Positions 50,761 through 59,925 of a DNA stretch of 64,000 nt are shown here, one piece after another. The DNA is taken from assembly GCA_964499285.1 (NCBI GenBank), contig CAZCLA010000011.1:20720-84719 (forward strand), written 5' to 3'. The notes under the pieces were generated by a model. The model was not told where the DNA came from. It was given only the letters and a program-made list of their open reading frames with translations, and made no database searches. The translations under genes were made by a program, and so were the position numbers. Origin of the DNA: an uncultured Melioribacteraceae bacterium. GTDB taxonomy: Bacteria > Bacteroidota > Ignavibacteria > Ignavibacteriales > Melioribacteraceae. How positions within the stretch are numbered: position 1 is the stretch's first letter; each line of letters starts with the position of its first letter.

Positions 50761-51462
50761 TTGAGAGTACTTGTTTTATCACTTTTTATTGTAATTGCAG
50801 ATCAACTTACAAAATTGTACATAAAAGGTATCTCGATTCCGTTCCTAAATATTAATTTTGACGGAATGCGCTATGGACAAAGTAAGGAAGTTTTTGGTGA
50901 TTTTTTAAAAATTACTTTTGTAGAAAATCCGGGAATGGCATTCGGGATCGAAGTTGGTGATTCTAAATTATTTTTGTCTTTATTTTCGCTTGTTGCAAGC
51001 ATAGGAATATTAGTTTATTTGTACAAAGTCAGAAAAAGCCACCTTCTTTTTAGAATTTCACTTGCACTTATTTTAGCCGGAGCCGTCGGAAATCTAATCG
51101 ATAGAACTTTTTACGGAGTTATTTACGGCTATGCTCCTTTGTTTTACGGCAAAGTGGTAGATTTTTTCAATGTTGATTTCTTCGATTTTTCGTTGTTTGG
51201 AAGAACATATGAACGTTGGCCGATTTTTAACATAGCGGATTCTGCTGTCACAATCGGAGTTCTTTCACTCATATTTTTTAATCGACTTTTCGAAAAGAGG
51301 GAACTTGAATTAAAAAAAGAGGAACTCAAAAAAGATGGCGATGACGAAATTGAGCTTGAAGAAGAGATAATTCACGAAGACGATTTTGGAAAATCTTCTC
51401 AAAGAACCAAGTTTATTGATGAAAAAGAAGATGACGAAGATTATAACAGAAAAGATATTTGA
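50761..51462 (+). CDS. lspA: Lipoprotein signal peptidase II with an acidic C-terminal extension
   Basis: TTG start. ENPGMAFG, GAVGNLIDR, FNIADSAVTIG. About 60 extra E/D/K-rich residues at the C-terminus. Confidence 0.9.
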   Translation: MRVLVLSLFIVIADQLTKLYIKGISIPFLNINFDGMRYGQSKEVFGDFLKITFVENPGMAFGIEVGDSKLFLSLFSLVASIGILVYLYKVRKSHLLFRISLALILAGAVGNLIDRTFYGVIYGYAPLFYGKVVDFFNVDFFDFSLFGRTYERWPIFNIADSAVTIGVLSLIFFNRLFEKRELELKKEELKKDGDDEIELEEEIIHEDDFGKSSQRTKFIDEKEDDEDYNRKDI

Positions 51463-52417
51463 AATTGAAGTAACCGGAGGAAAGAAAAAAGAACGTTTAG
51501 ATATCTATCTTGCCAATTCAATCGAAAATGCCACCCGCACAAGAATCCAAAAATTAATAAAAGCAGAGTATGTTACCGTAAACGGAAAACCGAATAAAGC
51601 TAATTATCAAGTCGAACCTGGGGATAAAATAAAAGTTAAAATCCCCGTTACACCAAGACCTGAAAATACTGAGCCAGAAGAAATACCACTTAATATAATC
51701 TATGAGGATGAATTCATGCTGGTTATCAATAAACCCGCGGGAATGGTCGTACATCCTTCACTAGGAAATTACACCGGAACATTAGTGAATGCCTTGCTTC
51801 ATTATACGTCAAAGCTAAGCGAATTGAACGAACCCGGACGACCTGGTATAGTTCATAGAATAGATAAAGAAACAAGCGGGCTGCTTCTCGTTGCTAAAGA
51901 TGAATGGACTCACTCGCAGCTTGCAAAACAGTTTGCTGATCACTCAATCGATAGAGAATATTGGGCAGTTTGCTGGGGTACTTTTGATAATTCTTCCGGA
52001 GAGGTTATTGGTAATATTGCCAGAAGTAAAAAAGACAGAAAAATATTTGCTGTCGCTGAAGATGATGGGAAACACGCACATACTTTCTATGAAGTGATTG
52101 AAGAGTTTGAATTCGCATCATTGGTTAAACTAAAGCTAAAAACTGGCAGAACCCACCAAATCAGGGTTCATATGTCTTACATTAAACATCCGATTTTTGG
52201 TGATCCAACCTATGGCGGAAGAAAAATTGTATATGGATTGAGTCTGCCTAAAATGAAATCGCGAGTAGAAAACTTACTTAAATTGATGAATCGTCAAGCG
52301 CTTCACGCAAAAACTCTGGGCTTTTATCACCCTCACAAAAAGGAAAGAGTTTATTTCGATTCCGAGCTTCCCGGTGATATCGAGGACTTGTTATATGAAT
52401 TGAAGAAAACAACTTGA
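51419..52417 (+). CDS. rluD: 23S rRNA pseudouridine synthase, RluD/RluA family
   Basis: S4 domain (ERLDIYLA...VTVNGK), catalytic HRIDKETSGLLLVAK, GRTHQIRVHM. The ORF is open from 51386. ATG 51419 is preferred from the N-terminal length. Confidence 0.9.
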   Translation: MKKKMTKIITEKIFEIEVTGGKKKERLDIYLANSIENATRTRIQKLIKAEYVTVNGKPNKANYQVEPGDKIKVKIPVTPRPENTEPEEIPLNIIYEDEFMLVINKPAGMVVHPSLGNYTGTLVNALLHYTSKLSELNEPGRPGIVHRIDKETSGLLLVAKDEWTHSQLAKQFADHSIDREYWAVCWGTFDNSSGEVIGNIARSKKDRKIFAVAEDDGKHAHTFYEVIEEFEFASLVKLKLKTGRTHQIRVHMSYIKHPIFGDPTYGGRKIVYGLSLPKMKSRVENLLKLMNRQALHAKTLGFYHPHKKERVYFDSELPGDIEDLLYELKKTT

Positions 52418-52441
52418 AATTATAACATTAATTTTCAGCAA

Positions 52442-52915
52442 CTAAAAACCATATTCTTTATGATACTTTTTTAGATGTATGTAAAGAAGTGTGGCTGCCG
52501 CTGCGGCATTTGCATAACCTAATATCTGACCTAAAACGCCGAGACTTTTTTCTTTTGCCCATTGCCTTTGTAAATCTAATGCGTAGTTTAATTCCATACG
52601 TTTATTGTAAGCTTGTGCGATAAATGATAAAGGAGTGGGTGAATAATTCTCAATATCTGAATTTATTGAAAAATCAAATTCGAACGGAAGCAAAATATCA
52701 TGATACTTATAATTAAGATGATTAAAATAAAATGGATTTTCAACAAGTGAATTATATTGCGAGAAGTTTAAATACAAACTAGTTACCTGTGAATTCTTGA
52801 GTGAATCTTTTACTGTCGTGCTGTTGTTCTGCGCAAACGATAAGCTTACCGAAAATAGGATCAATAATGCTGCTGAAACAAGATTATATAATATTTTGTT
52901 ACGTGTAAAAATCAT
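52442..52915 (-). CDS. Hypothetical exported or membrane protein downstream of hydF
   Basis: 157 aa. N-terminal signal or anchor (LVSAALLILFSVSLSFAQ) and a C-terminal hydrophobic segment. 11-nt gap to hydF. Confidence 0.55.
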   Translation of the reverse strand: MIFTRNKILYNLVSAALLILFSVSLSFAQNNSTTVKDSLKNSQVTSLYLNFSQYNSLVENPFYFNHLNYKYHDILLPFEFDFSINSDIENYSPTPLSFIAQAYNKRMELNYALDLQRQWAKEKSLGVLGQILGYANAAAAATLLYIHLKKYHKEYGF

Positions 52916-52926
52916 TTGAGAATAAT

Positions 52927-54165
52927 TTACTTTGCTATCATTTCTCTGCTAACTTCATCCCAAGCTGCAAGAGCTTCTTCGAATGGATGAAGTGCTCTTG
53001 GTACTGCGCCGTGCATATATGAAATTGCCACTCCGTAGTTCACGATTGGGACGCCGACATATTTTGCCTGTTTAATTCTTGTCTGCATCATTCGTCGTGT
53101 CAACATGCAACCGCCGCAATGAATTATCAATTTATATTCTGCAAGATTCTTAGGGTAATCGTGCCCGCTCTTAACTTCTATTTCGAGTTCTTTCTTTGTG
53201 TGATTTCGAAGCCAGCGCGGAATTTTTACAGTTCCAATATCATCTTCCTGTGCATGATGGGTGCAAGCTTCGGCAATTAATACTTTATCACCGTTCTGCA
53301 GATTCTCAATTTGCCTTAAACCTCGCACATATTCGGGAAGATCACCTTTATGTCTTGCCATCAATATTGAGAATGTGGTTAAAGAAATATCATCCGGTAC
53401 ATCTGCTGTCACTTTCATAATAACTTGACTGTCAGTAATAACTAATTTTGGTTTTTTGCTTAAACTATTCAAAGCTGATCGTAATTCTTTATCTTTTGCT
53501 ACAATAACAATTGAATCCACATCAAGAGCTTCTCTTATCGTCTGAACTTGCGGCATAATCAATCTGCCTTTGGGCGCTCCTAAATCAATTGGGACAACAA
53601 GCACAATTATGTCATTACTTCTAACAAGATCACCAACTAATGGCGGCTCAATTTCTGAAGGAAGAATAGCAGAAAGTTTTTCTTTCAATTCATAAATTCC
53701 TTCGCTGGTAGTGCAGGAAACATTAGAATATTCAAGACCAAGTTGTTGCAATTGGAGGAGCAGTTCGTAATCGATTCCTAATTCGGCTTTGTTAATAACG
53801 GTTAAAAACGGAATTTCGAGTTGTTCCAGCTCGTCTAACAATTTGACTTCGCTTTCGTCAAGCTTCTGTGATGGTTCAATAACAAAAATTGCAAAATCTG
53901 CTTCTGATAAAATTTTTACCGTCTTATTTATTCGGAGAGTGCCCAGTTCACCCTCATCGTCAATACCTGCTGTGTCAATAATTATTACCGGTCCGTATGG
54001 GAGCAGTTCCATTGATTTTTTAACCGGATCAGTCGTGGTTCCGGGAGAACTGCTTACAATTACAAGATCTTGTCCGGTCAATCTATTTACCAATGAAGAT
54101 TTTCCGGTATTCCTTCTTCCAATAACAGCTATATGTTTTTTATCAGACGAAATTATTTTACTCAA
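52927..54165 (-). CDS. hydF: [FeFe]-hydrogenase H-cluster maturation GTPase HydF
   Basis: P-loop GRRNTGKSSLVNRL, GTTTDPV, DTAG, NKAE. C-terminal FeS motif CTH-x45-HCGGC (53107-53271), which matches the CxHx(44-53)HCxxC signature. Confidence 0.85.
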   Translation of the reverse strand: MSKIISSDKKHIAVIGRRNTGKSSLVNRLTGQDLVIVSSSPGTTTDPVKKSMELLPYGPVIIIDTAGIDDEGELGTLRINKTVKILSEADFAIFVIEPSQKLDESEVKLLDELEQLEIPFLTVINKAELGIDYELLLQLQQLGLEYSNVSCTTSEGIYELKEKLSAILPSEIEPPLVGDLVRSNDIIVLVVPIDLGAPKGRLIMPQVQTIREALDVDSIVIVAKDKELRSALNSLSKKPKLVITDSQVIMKVTADVPDDISLTTFSILMARHKGDLPEYVRGLRQIENLQNGDKVLIAEACTHHAQEDDIGTVKIPRWLRNHTKKELEIEVKSGHDYPKNLAEYKLIIHCGGCMLTRRMMQTRIKQAKYVGVPIVNYGVAISYMHGAVPRALHPFEEALAAWDEVSREMIAK

Positions 54166-55591
54166 GTCTCACTCCTATTTCATCTGCCACAATTTTAATT
54201 ATTTCATTTTCTTCAATAATGTTGCTTTGCTTTAGTTCTTCGATAAAAGATATATCTTTGCTGTGGGCGCTCTTAACTATTTCTTGAATCTTATCATATC
54301 CGAACCTATTTATCAGTGCTGCAGCAATTGCAGAACTTCTCATTAAATTTTCAGTGCATCTTTTCTCATTAGCAGAAATTCCCGGGATTGCTTTTTCAGC
54401 CAAATTGTTTGCAGCTGCGCTTAAAAGTCCCATCGATCGTAAAAAAGCATGACCTAATAACGGAGCGAAAGCGTTTAGTTCCATATTGCCTGCACCGACT
54501 ACATTATTGATTATCACATCGTGACCTTTTACAATTTCAGCCGCTTGTATAGTGTGTTCAAGTATTACCGGATTGACTTTCCCGGGCATAATTGATGAGC
54601 CGGTCTGACGAGGTGTTAATTTAATTTCACCTATTCCACCGTCCGGTCCGCTTGACATAAATCGGAGATCATTACAAATTTTTATCAATGATACAGCCCC
54701 GGCTTTTATTATTCCATGTGCTTCGGCAAAAACATCCAAATTTTGAGTTGCATCGATTAAGTCCTCTGCCTTCGAGATAGGAAGTCCGGTAATTGTTTTT
54801 AAGTTACCGGCAATTTTTAAAACAAAATTTTTATGAGCTGCAATTGAAGTACCAACCGCTGTTCCTCCCATATTTATTGCTCTAAGTCGTTCCTCTGCAT
54901 TGTAAATCCTCCATCTGTCTCTGGCAACAGCTTGTGCATAAGCTCCGAATTCCTGACCCAAAGTAATTGGAACTGCATCTTGAAACTGTGTTCTTCCCAG
55001 TTTCATCACCTTCATAAATTCTACTTCTTTTTTTTGAAGTTCACCTTGGAGTTTTGCGTAAGTATCCTGCAATATCCTCATCAAGTAAATTGATGCAATT
55101 TTAAGAGCAGTCGGATAAGTATCGTTTGTGGACTGTGATTGATTTACATCATCAATTGGATGAATGAAATCGTATTCACCTTTTTCTTTTCCTAGAATTT
55201 CCAATGCAGTATTTGCAATTACTTCATTGATATTCATATTCAAAGATGTCCCGGCTCCGCCTTGAAGAGAATCAACAACAATCTTCTCGTAAATACCAAA
55301 ACCTACTTTATTAATTGCATTCTCGGTTTCTTTGAGCAGTTTGTTTACAGCTTCTGAAATGGCGGTATGTTTCGTCTTATCCATTATACCGATTTTAAAG
55401 TTTGTGTCCGCTGCTGCTAATTTTACCTGTAAAAATGCTTTAATGAAATAGGGATTAACTTTTTCTCCGGAGTCGGGAAAATTTGATAAACTTCTCGCAG
55501 TGTGAATTCCGTAATATTTTTCGCTGGGTATTTCAACAATACCGATTGCGTCCTTTTCTATTCTCATATTTCTCAACTTTTGTTTATTCAA
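54158..55591 (-). CDS. Aspartate ammonia-lyase family protein (class II fumarase/aspartase superfamily)
   Basis: Signature GSSIMPGKVNP. QGGAGTSLNMNINEVIAN...GEYDFIHPIDDVNQSQSTNDTYPT resembles AspA more than FumC. 8-nt overlap with hydF. Confidence 0.8.
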   Translation of the reverse strand: MNKQKLRNMRIEKDAIGIVEIPSEKYYGIHTARSLSNFPDSGEKVNPYFIKAFLQVKLAAADTNFKIGIMDKTKHTAISEAVNKLLKETENAINKVGFGIYEKIVVDSLQGGAGTSLNMNINEVIANTALEILGKEKGEYDFIHPIDDVNQSQSTNDTYPTALKIASIYLMRILQDTYAKLQGELQKKEVEFMKVMKLGRTQFQDAVPITLGQEFGAYAQAVARDRWRIYNAEERLRAINMGGTAVGTSIAAHKNFVLKIAGNLKTITGLPISKAEDLIDATQNLDVFAEAHGIIKAGAVSLIKICNDLRFMSSGPDGGIGEIKLTPRQTGSSIMPGKVNPVILEHTIQAAEIVKGHDVIINNVVGAGNMELNAFAPLLGHAFLRSMGLLSAAANNLAEKAIPGISANEKRCTENLMRSSAIAAALINRFGYDKIQEIVKSAHSKDISFIEELKQSNIIEENEIIKIVADEIGVRLE

Positions 55592-55691
55592 ATATATTAA
55601 ACTATTGTATCGTTTGTAAGTAGATTCAAGGTCACTAAATTATCATTCGTTTCGTCGTTTTAGTATATTTCAACTCAAAAAGAAAAAATAT

Positions 55692-57110
55692 ATGAAAATC
55701 TATAATACGCTTTCAAAAAAGAAAGAAGAATTCAAACCACTTTACGATAATTTTGTAACAATGTATGTTTGTGGCCCAACTGTCTATGACTATTTCCATA
55801 TTGGGAACGCACGCTCTTTTGTAATGGGTGACATACTCAGACGCTATCTTGAATACAAAGGATATAAAGTAAAATATGCGATGAATCTTACGGATGTTGA
55901 TGATAAAATTATCAACAAAGCAAATGATGAAAAAACTTCTACGGATAAAATTGCACAAAAATATATTGATGCTTTTTTTGAGGATCTCGCAACACTGAGA
56001 ATTAAGACTGCCGACGTTTACCCAAAAGCAACAGAACATATGAATGAAATGATCGATCTTGTTAAGGAGCTTGAGGAAGATGGAAGCGCATACAATGTTG
56101 ATGGTAATGTGTTTTACGATGTTTCTAAATTCAAGGATTATGGCAAACTTTCAGGCAAGAAAATAGATGAGCTTGAAAGCGGGTCGCGCATCGAGGTGAA
56201 TGATCAGAAAAGAAATCCCCTAGATTTCGCTTTGTGGAAAAAAGCTAAAGAGGGCGAACCTTTTTGGGATAGTCCGTGGGGTAAGGGAAGACCCGGTTGG
56301 CATCTCGAATGTTCTGCAATGAGTATGAAGCATTTAGGCAAAACAATCGACATACACGCCGGTGGTAACGATTTGATATTTCCGCATCACGAAAATGAGA
56401 TTGCTCAAAGTGAGGCTTGCTGCACAAATAAATTTGTTAGGTATTGGGTTCATTTTGGTTTTTTGAATTTCAAAGAAGAAAAAATGTCAAAGTCCCTCGG
56501 AAATTTTTTTACGGCAAGAGAGATATTAAAAAATCATTCAGCCGAAGCAATTAGATTATTATTTGCGCAAACGCATTACCATGCACCGTTAAACTTCAGC
56601 AAAGAACTTCTCGAAGCTTCCGAAAAAGGACTTGAGAAGTTGAATAATTTGATCAATTCTATTTCTGAAATAAAAAATTCCGGTAAGCTTGAAGATGATT
56701 CAAATGAATACTCCTTCAGCGAATTTTATCTTGAGTTTGAGCAAGTTATGGATGATGATCTGAATACACCGCGAGCAGTTGCTGTAATTTTTGATTTTGT
56801 AAAACACGCAAATAAACTTCTAGTTGAGTATCCATCATCCAAGAACCTTATCAGTTCTATTGAAAATTTTCTTAACGGAATAGCTGATAATGTACTCGGA
56901 ATCTGTAGTCATGCTAAAGGTGCAGCGACCAACAGCGGTGGGCTCGAACCAAGTTTACTTAAAATTCTAATTGAAATCAGAACAGATGCGAAGCAAAATA
57001 AAAACTTTGAACTTGCCGATAAAATTCGAAACGATCTTTCTAAACTCGGGATCACATTGAAGGACAGTAAAGAAGGCACAACTTACACCATAAAAAAGAA
57101 CTTATCATAA
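55692..57110 (+). CDS. cysS: Cysteinyl-tRNA synthetase
   Basis: CGPTVYDYFHIGNARS (HIGH region), HLECSAM, GGNDLIFPHHENE, KMSKSLGN. Confidence 0.95.
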   Translation: MKIYNTLSKKKEEFKPLYDNFVTMYVCGPTVYDYFHIGNARSFVMGDILRRYLEYKGYKVKYAMNLTDVDDKIINKANDEKTSTDKIAQKYIDAFFEDLATLRIKTADVYPKATEHMNEMIDLVKELEEDGSAYNVDGNVFYDVSKFKDYGKLSGKKIDELESGSRIEVNDQKRNPLDFALWKKAKEGEPFWDSPWGKGRPGWHLECSAMSMKHLGKTIDIHAGGNDLIFPHHENEIAQSEACCTNKFVRYWVHFGFLNFKEEKMSKSLGNFFTAREILKNHSAEAIRLLFAQTHYHAPLNFSKELLEASEKGLEKLNNLINSISEIKNSGKLEDDSNEYSFSEFYLEFEQVMDDDLNTPRAVAVIFDFVKHANKLLVEYPSSKNLISSIENFLNGIADNVLGICSHAKGAATNSGGLEPSLLKILIEIRTDAKQNKNFELADKIRNDLSKLGITLKDSKEGTTYTIKKNLS

Positions 57111-57470
57111 GTGAAAAGTTTAATATATCTTTTCATTCTATCAGCAATAATTTTAATTGTAGTGTCGGTCTGGATGTACGTATTTAATATTTATGCAGTT
57201 GAGTATAGAGTTTTTTCAAATGGAATAAATATCAATGCAGAATCCAAAATTAAATTTCAAGCGGTTCCTTTAAATTCTTTTGGGAAAGCCATTCCGTTTA
57301 GAAATATCGATTTCATTTATGAAATAGAAGGAGTGACCGGCGCTCGGATAATTTCATCAACTCAAAATTCTGTGGTGATTAAATTAGACTCAAGTTTTGC
57401 CAACGAGAATATTAAAATTAAATTTAAATCAAAATATGATCGTCATTTTGTAGTGAAATCAATTTGGTAG
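57111..57470 (+). CDS. Hypothetical membrane-anchored protein
   Basis: GTG start directly abutting the cysS stop. One N-terminal TM. 119 aa. Confidence 0.5.
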   Translation: MKSLIYLFILSAIILIVVSVWMYVFNIYAVEYRVFSNGININAESKIKFQAVPLNSFGKAIPFRNIDFIYEIEGVTGARIISSTQNSVVIKLDSSFANENIKIKFKSKYDRHFVVKSIW

Positions 57471-57540
57471 ATTCAATTGACTCTGTTTAGCTTTGATTTT
57501 AATTCATTTTTTAAGAATATTACAAACAATATTAAACCGG

Positions 57541-58326
57541 ATGAGCAAAATGCAACAATCTATTTCAAAATTTATTCTGCTGATGTTTTTTGGAAGCAAT
57601 ATTTTGTTTGGACAAGGTACAGCCGGCACATCTGCAAAATTTGAGTATCGTTCGCTTATTGATATGCCTAGTGCTGGAATTTTGGAAAGAGGTTATTCAG
57701 CCGTATCTCTCGAAATGCTCCCTTATGGAACAGTTGTAACAAGAATGGAAGTCGGAGTTTTTGAAAATTTCAGTTTCGGGATCTCCTATGGTGGAACAAA
57801 TATTATCGGTTCAGGCAAAGTTGACTGGTACAATCTTCCCGGCGTTAATATTCGGTTCAGAATGATTGATGAAAATGAATCACTCCCAGGAATATTGATT
57901 GGTTTTGATTCACAAGGAAAGGGAATTCAATTTGAGGATCCCGAACGCTTCGAAATTAAATCCCCGGGATTATTTGTTGCGGCTTCGAAAAATTTTGAGT
58001 TTTTGGGGTATCTCAGCGTTCATGGATTATTAAATTATTCGTTGGAAAACAATGATCTCGATAAGGACTTTAATCTTGGAATCGGAGTTGAGAAAACTAT
58101 TGGATCAAAAGTTTCTCTTATTGCCGAATATGATTTTGCGATCAATGATAATACTGGAAATTCGCTCGGAAGCGGTAACGGATACCTGAATATGGGATTG
58201 AGATGGTCCGTTGTGGATGGATTTACACTTGGATTTGATTTAAGAAATCTTCTTGACAACAAAAAATTCAACAGTTCCAAAGCTGACCGAGGAATATATG
58301 TTGAGTATGTAAAATCACTCTTTTAG
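57541..58326 (+). CDS. Hypothetical outer-membrane beta-barrel-like protein
   Basis: Signal peptide MSKMQQSISKFILLMFFGSNILFGQ, alternating beta pattern, and a terminal ..YVEYVKSLF (C-terminal Phe). The ORF is open from 57493. Confidence 0.6.
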   Translation: MSKMQQSISKFILLMFFGSNILFGQGTAGTSAKFEYRSLIDMPSAGILERGYSAVSLEMLPYGTVVTRMEVGVFENFSFGISYGGTNIIGSGKVDWYNLPGVNIRFRMIDENESLPGILIGFDSQGKGIQFEDPERFEIKSPGLFVAASKNFEFLGYLSVHGLLNYSLENNDLDKDFNLGIGVEKTIGSKVSLIAEYDFAINDNTGNSLGSGNGYLNMGLRWSVVDGFTLGFDLRNLLDNKKFNSSKADRGIYVEYVKSLF

Positions 58327-58460
58327 TGTCCAAATTATTGTACAAAAGTTTTTTTATACTATACAGCTGTTCAATAAAATTGCAATAAAATCTTCCATTT
58401 CGCGATAAAAAATCGGTATAATATTTGCGACTTGCTTTGTAGTTATAAATGGAGGTGACA

Positions 58461-59861
58461 ATGAAAAAGTATTTAGCAATTGTGTTTTTAGGAATCTCAA
58501 TGATTTTGAGTGGATGTTATGCTCAGTTTTCTTCAAGGGATTATGGTTTCTATGAAGAATATGACGAGTACGGTTACTACAAAGTAGCTGATTATGAACA
58601 AACAGAAACAGATACCACTCAGTATTCAGCAGATCAAATCGGCGATTATATTGGTTCCGATACAACAGTTTATATGACGGATGAAGGACGAGTAATTGAG
58701 ATAAATAATTACTTCACAGTAGCTCAAACTGAACAAACCGAAGACTCGCTAGTATATGCTTATAAACCTGGAACCAGAAAATATTATTTGGATTACTATC
58801 CTTCTACTCATCTAACTATTGCAGCTTATACGCCTAATTATTTTTGGTACGATCCGTGGTACTATGATCCATGGTATTATGATTACTGGTATTTTGGATG
58901 GAATTACTATCCATCGTATTGGCACCATTATCCTCACTGGGGTTGGTATGGTTATTATCCATATTACGAATTCAATTATTACGGTAACGGCGGATGGGCT
59001 TACAATCCGAGTCAGTACAAATATCGAGATAATTATTCACCGGGCGGCAGAGATAGAAATGGAGGTGGATCTGGTTCGAATAATGTAGGTATGATTAGAG
59101 GTGATATTGGAGGAAACACGCGGGATCCAGGACGAGATATTACTCATCTTGGAGGTGGAAATCTTAGGGATTTAGACGTTGCTAGAATCGATCCTAAAAC
59201 AACTACAAAAGGGAGCGAAAATTCCACAGGCGATTTCGATAAAGGACGTGGAATTTCGAAAGGTGAGGTTTCTGATGTTAAAAAATTTGGAGATAATTCT
59301 AGAACGAGCAAAAAAGATTTAGAGAAAAATAAAAATGGATTTGAAACTACTAGGGATCAAACAAAAGCTATAACAAAAAGAAAAAGTAGTTCAGAATTTA
59401 GAAATAATAAAAAATTGCTTGATGCACTAAAGAATAAAATTGCGGAGAATCCACGTGGAAGTTCACCCACTGCGCTTAGAGAGATTGTAAACAACAGCAG
59501 AAATAGTGGTTCAACTTCAAGAAGAAGCGTTCCAAAAACGACAAGAGATTATTCCGATAATACAAGATCGAATCCTGTGCCTAATTATACACCACCTCCT
59601 GCAGGTAGATCAAATCCAAATTCGGGCAGATCCTATGGTGAATCCACGCCTACTAGAAGAACTTCTCCGCCTAAATCATATTCGCCGCCGAGAACAAATT
59701 CTTCGCCTAAGACTTATTCTTCACCGCCGAAGAGCCGCAATTCGGGTTCAAGATCTTATTCTACTCCTTCGAGAAGCAGCGGTTCATCAAAATCGACGGG
59801 AAGCAGCAGATCATCGAGTTCAAGCAGCCGTTCAAGCTCAGGAAGCAAAAGCAGAAAATAG
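58461..59861 (+). CDS. Lipoprotein with an extreme Tyr/Trp-rich block and an Arg/Ser/Pro/Thr-rich disordered tail
   Basis: GGAGGTG SD, then ATG 58461. Lipobox ILSGC. The aromatic block is YFWYDPWYYDPWYYDYWYFGWNYYPSYWHHYPHWGWYGYYPYYEFNYY. The tail is ...SPPKSYSPPRTNSSPKTYSSPPKSRNSGSRSYSTPSRSSGSSKS... Confidence 0.75.
   Translation: MKKYLAIVFLGISMILSGCYAQFSSRDYGFYEEYDEYGYYKVADYEQTETDTTQYSADQIGDYIGSDTTVYMTDEGRVIEINNYFTVAQTEQTEDSLVYAYKPGTRKYYLDYYPSTHLTIAAYTPNYFWYDPWYYDPWYYDYWYFGWNYYPSYWHHYPHWGWYGYYPYYEFNYYGNGGWAYNPSQYKYRDNYSPGGRDRNGGGSGSNNVGMIRGDIGGNTRDPGRDITHLGGGNLRDLDVARIDPKTTTKGSENSTGDFDKGRGISKGEVSDVKKFGDNSRTSKKDLEKNKNGFETTRDQTKAITKRKSSSEFRNNKKLLDALKNKIAENPRGSSPTALREIVNNSRNSGSTSRRSVPKTTRDYSDNTRSNPVPNYTPPPAGRSNPNSGRSYGESTPTRRTSPPKSYSPPRTNSSPKTYSSPPKSRNSGSRSYSTPSRSSGSSKSTGSSRSSSSSSRSSSGSKSRK
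58851..58895 (+). repeat. 3 x 15-nt in-frame tandem repeat (DPWYY / DPWYY / DYWYF)
   Basis: gatccgtggtactat | gatccatggtattat | gattactggtatttt, read directly from the sequence. Confidence 0.85.
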
Positions 59862-59887
59862 TGAAAAAATAAATTTGTAAATCAGAA

Positions 59888-59925
59888 TCGCTCAGTTCAA
59901 TTTTTTGGATTGAGCGGTTTTTTTT
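59888..59925 (+). terminator. Rho-independent terminator after the aromatic-rich lipoprotein gene
   Basis: CGCTCAGTTC (59889-98) pairs with GGATTGAGCG (59907-16, including G-U pairs), followed by a T8 run. Confidence 0.75.

Noticed and set aside
55592-55691. T-box or other leader upstream of cysS (also checked for ileS and argS)
   Set aside because: The intergenic regions are only about 100, 23 and 14 nt long, which is too short for T-box leaders. No specifier or T-box sequence was seen.
58819-59880. Alternative-frame ORFs (58819-59088 and 59506-59880, plus strand) inside the aromatic/RS-rich lipoprotein gene
   Set aside because: They are produced by low-complexity codon repeats. They have no independent SD or start context, and the main frame has the lipoprotein signal and the terminator.
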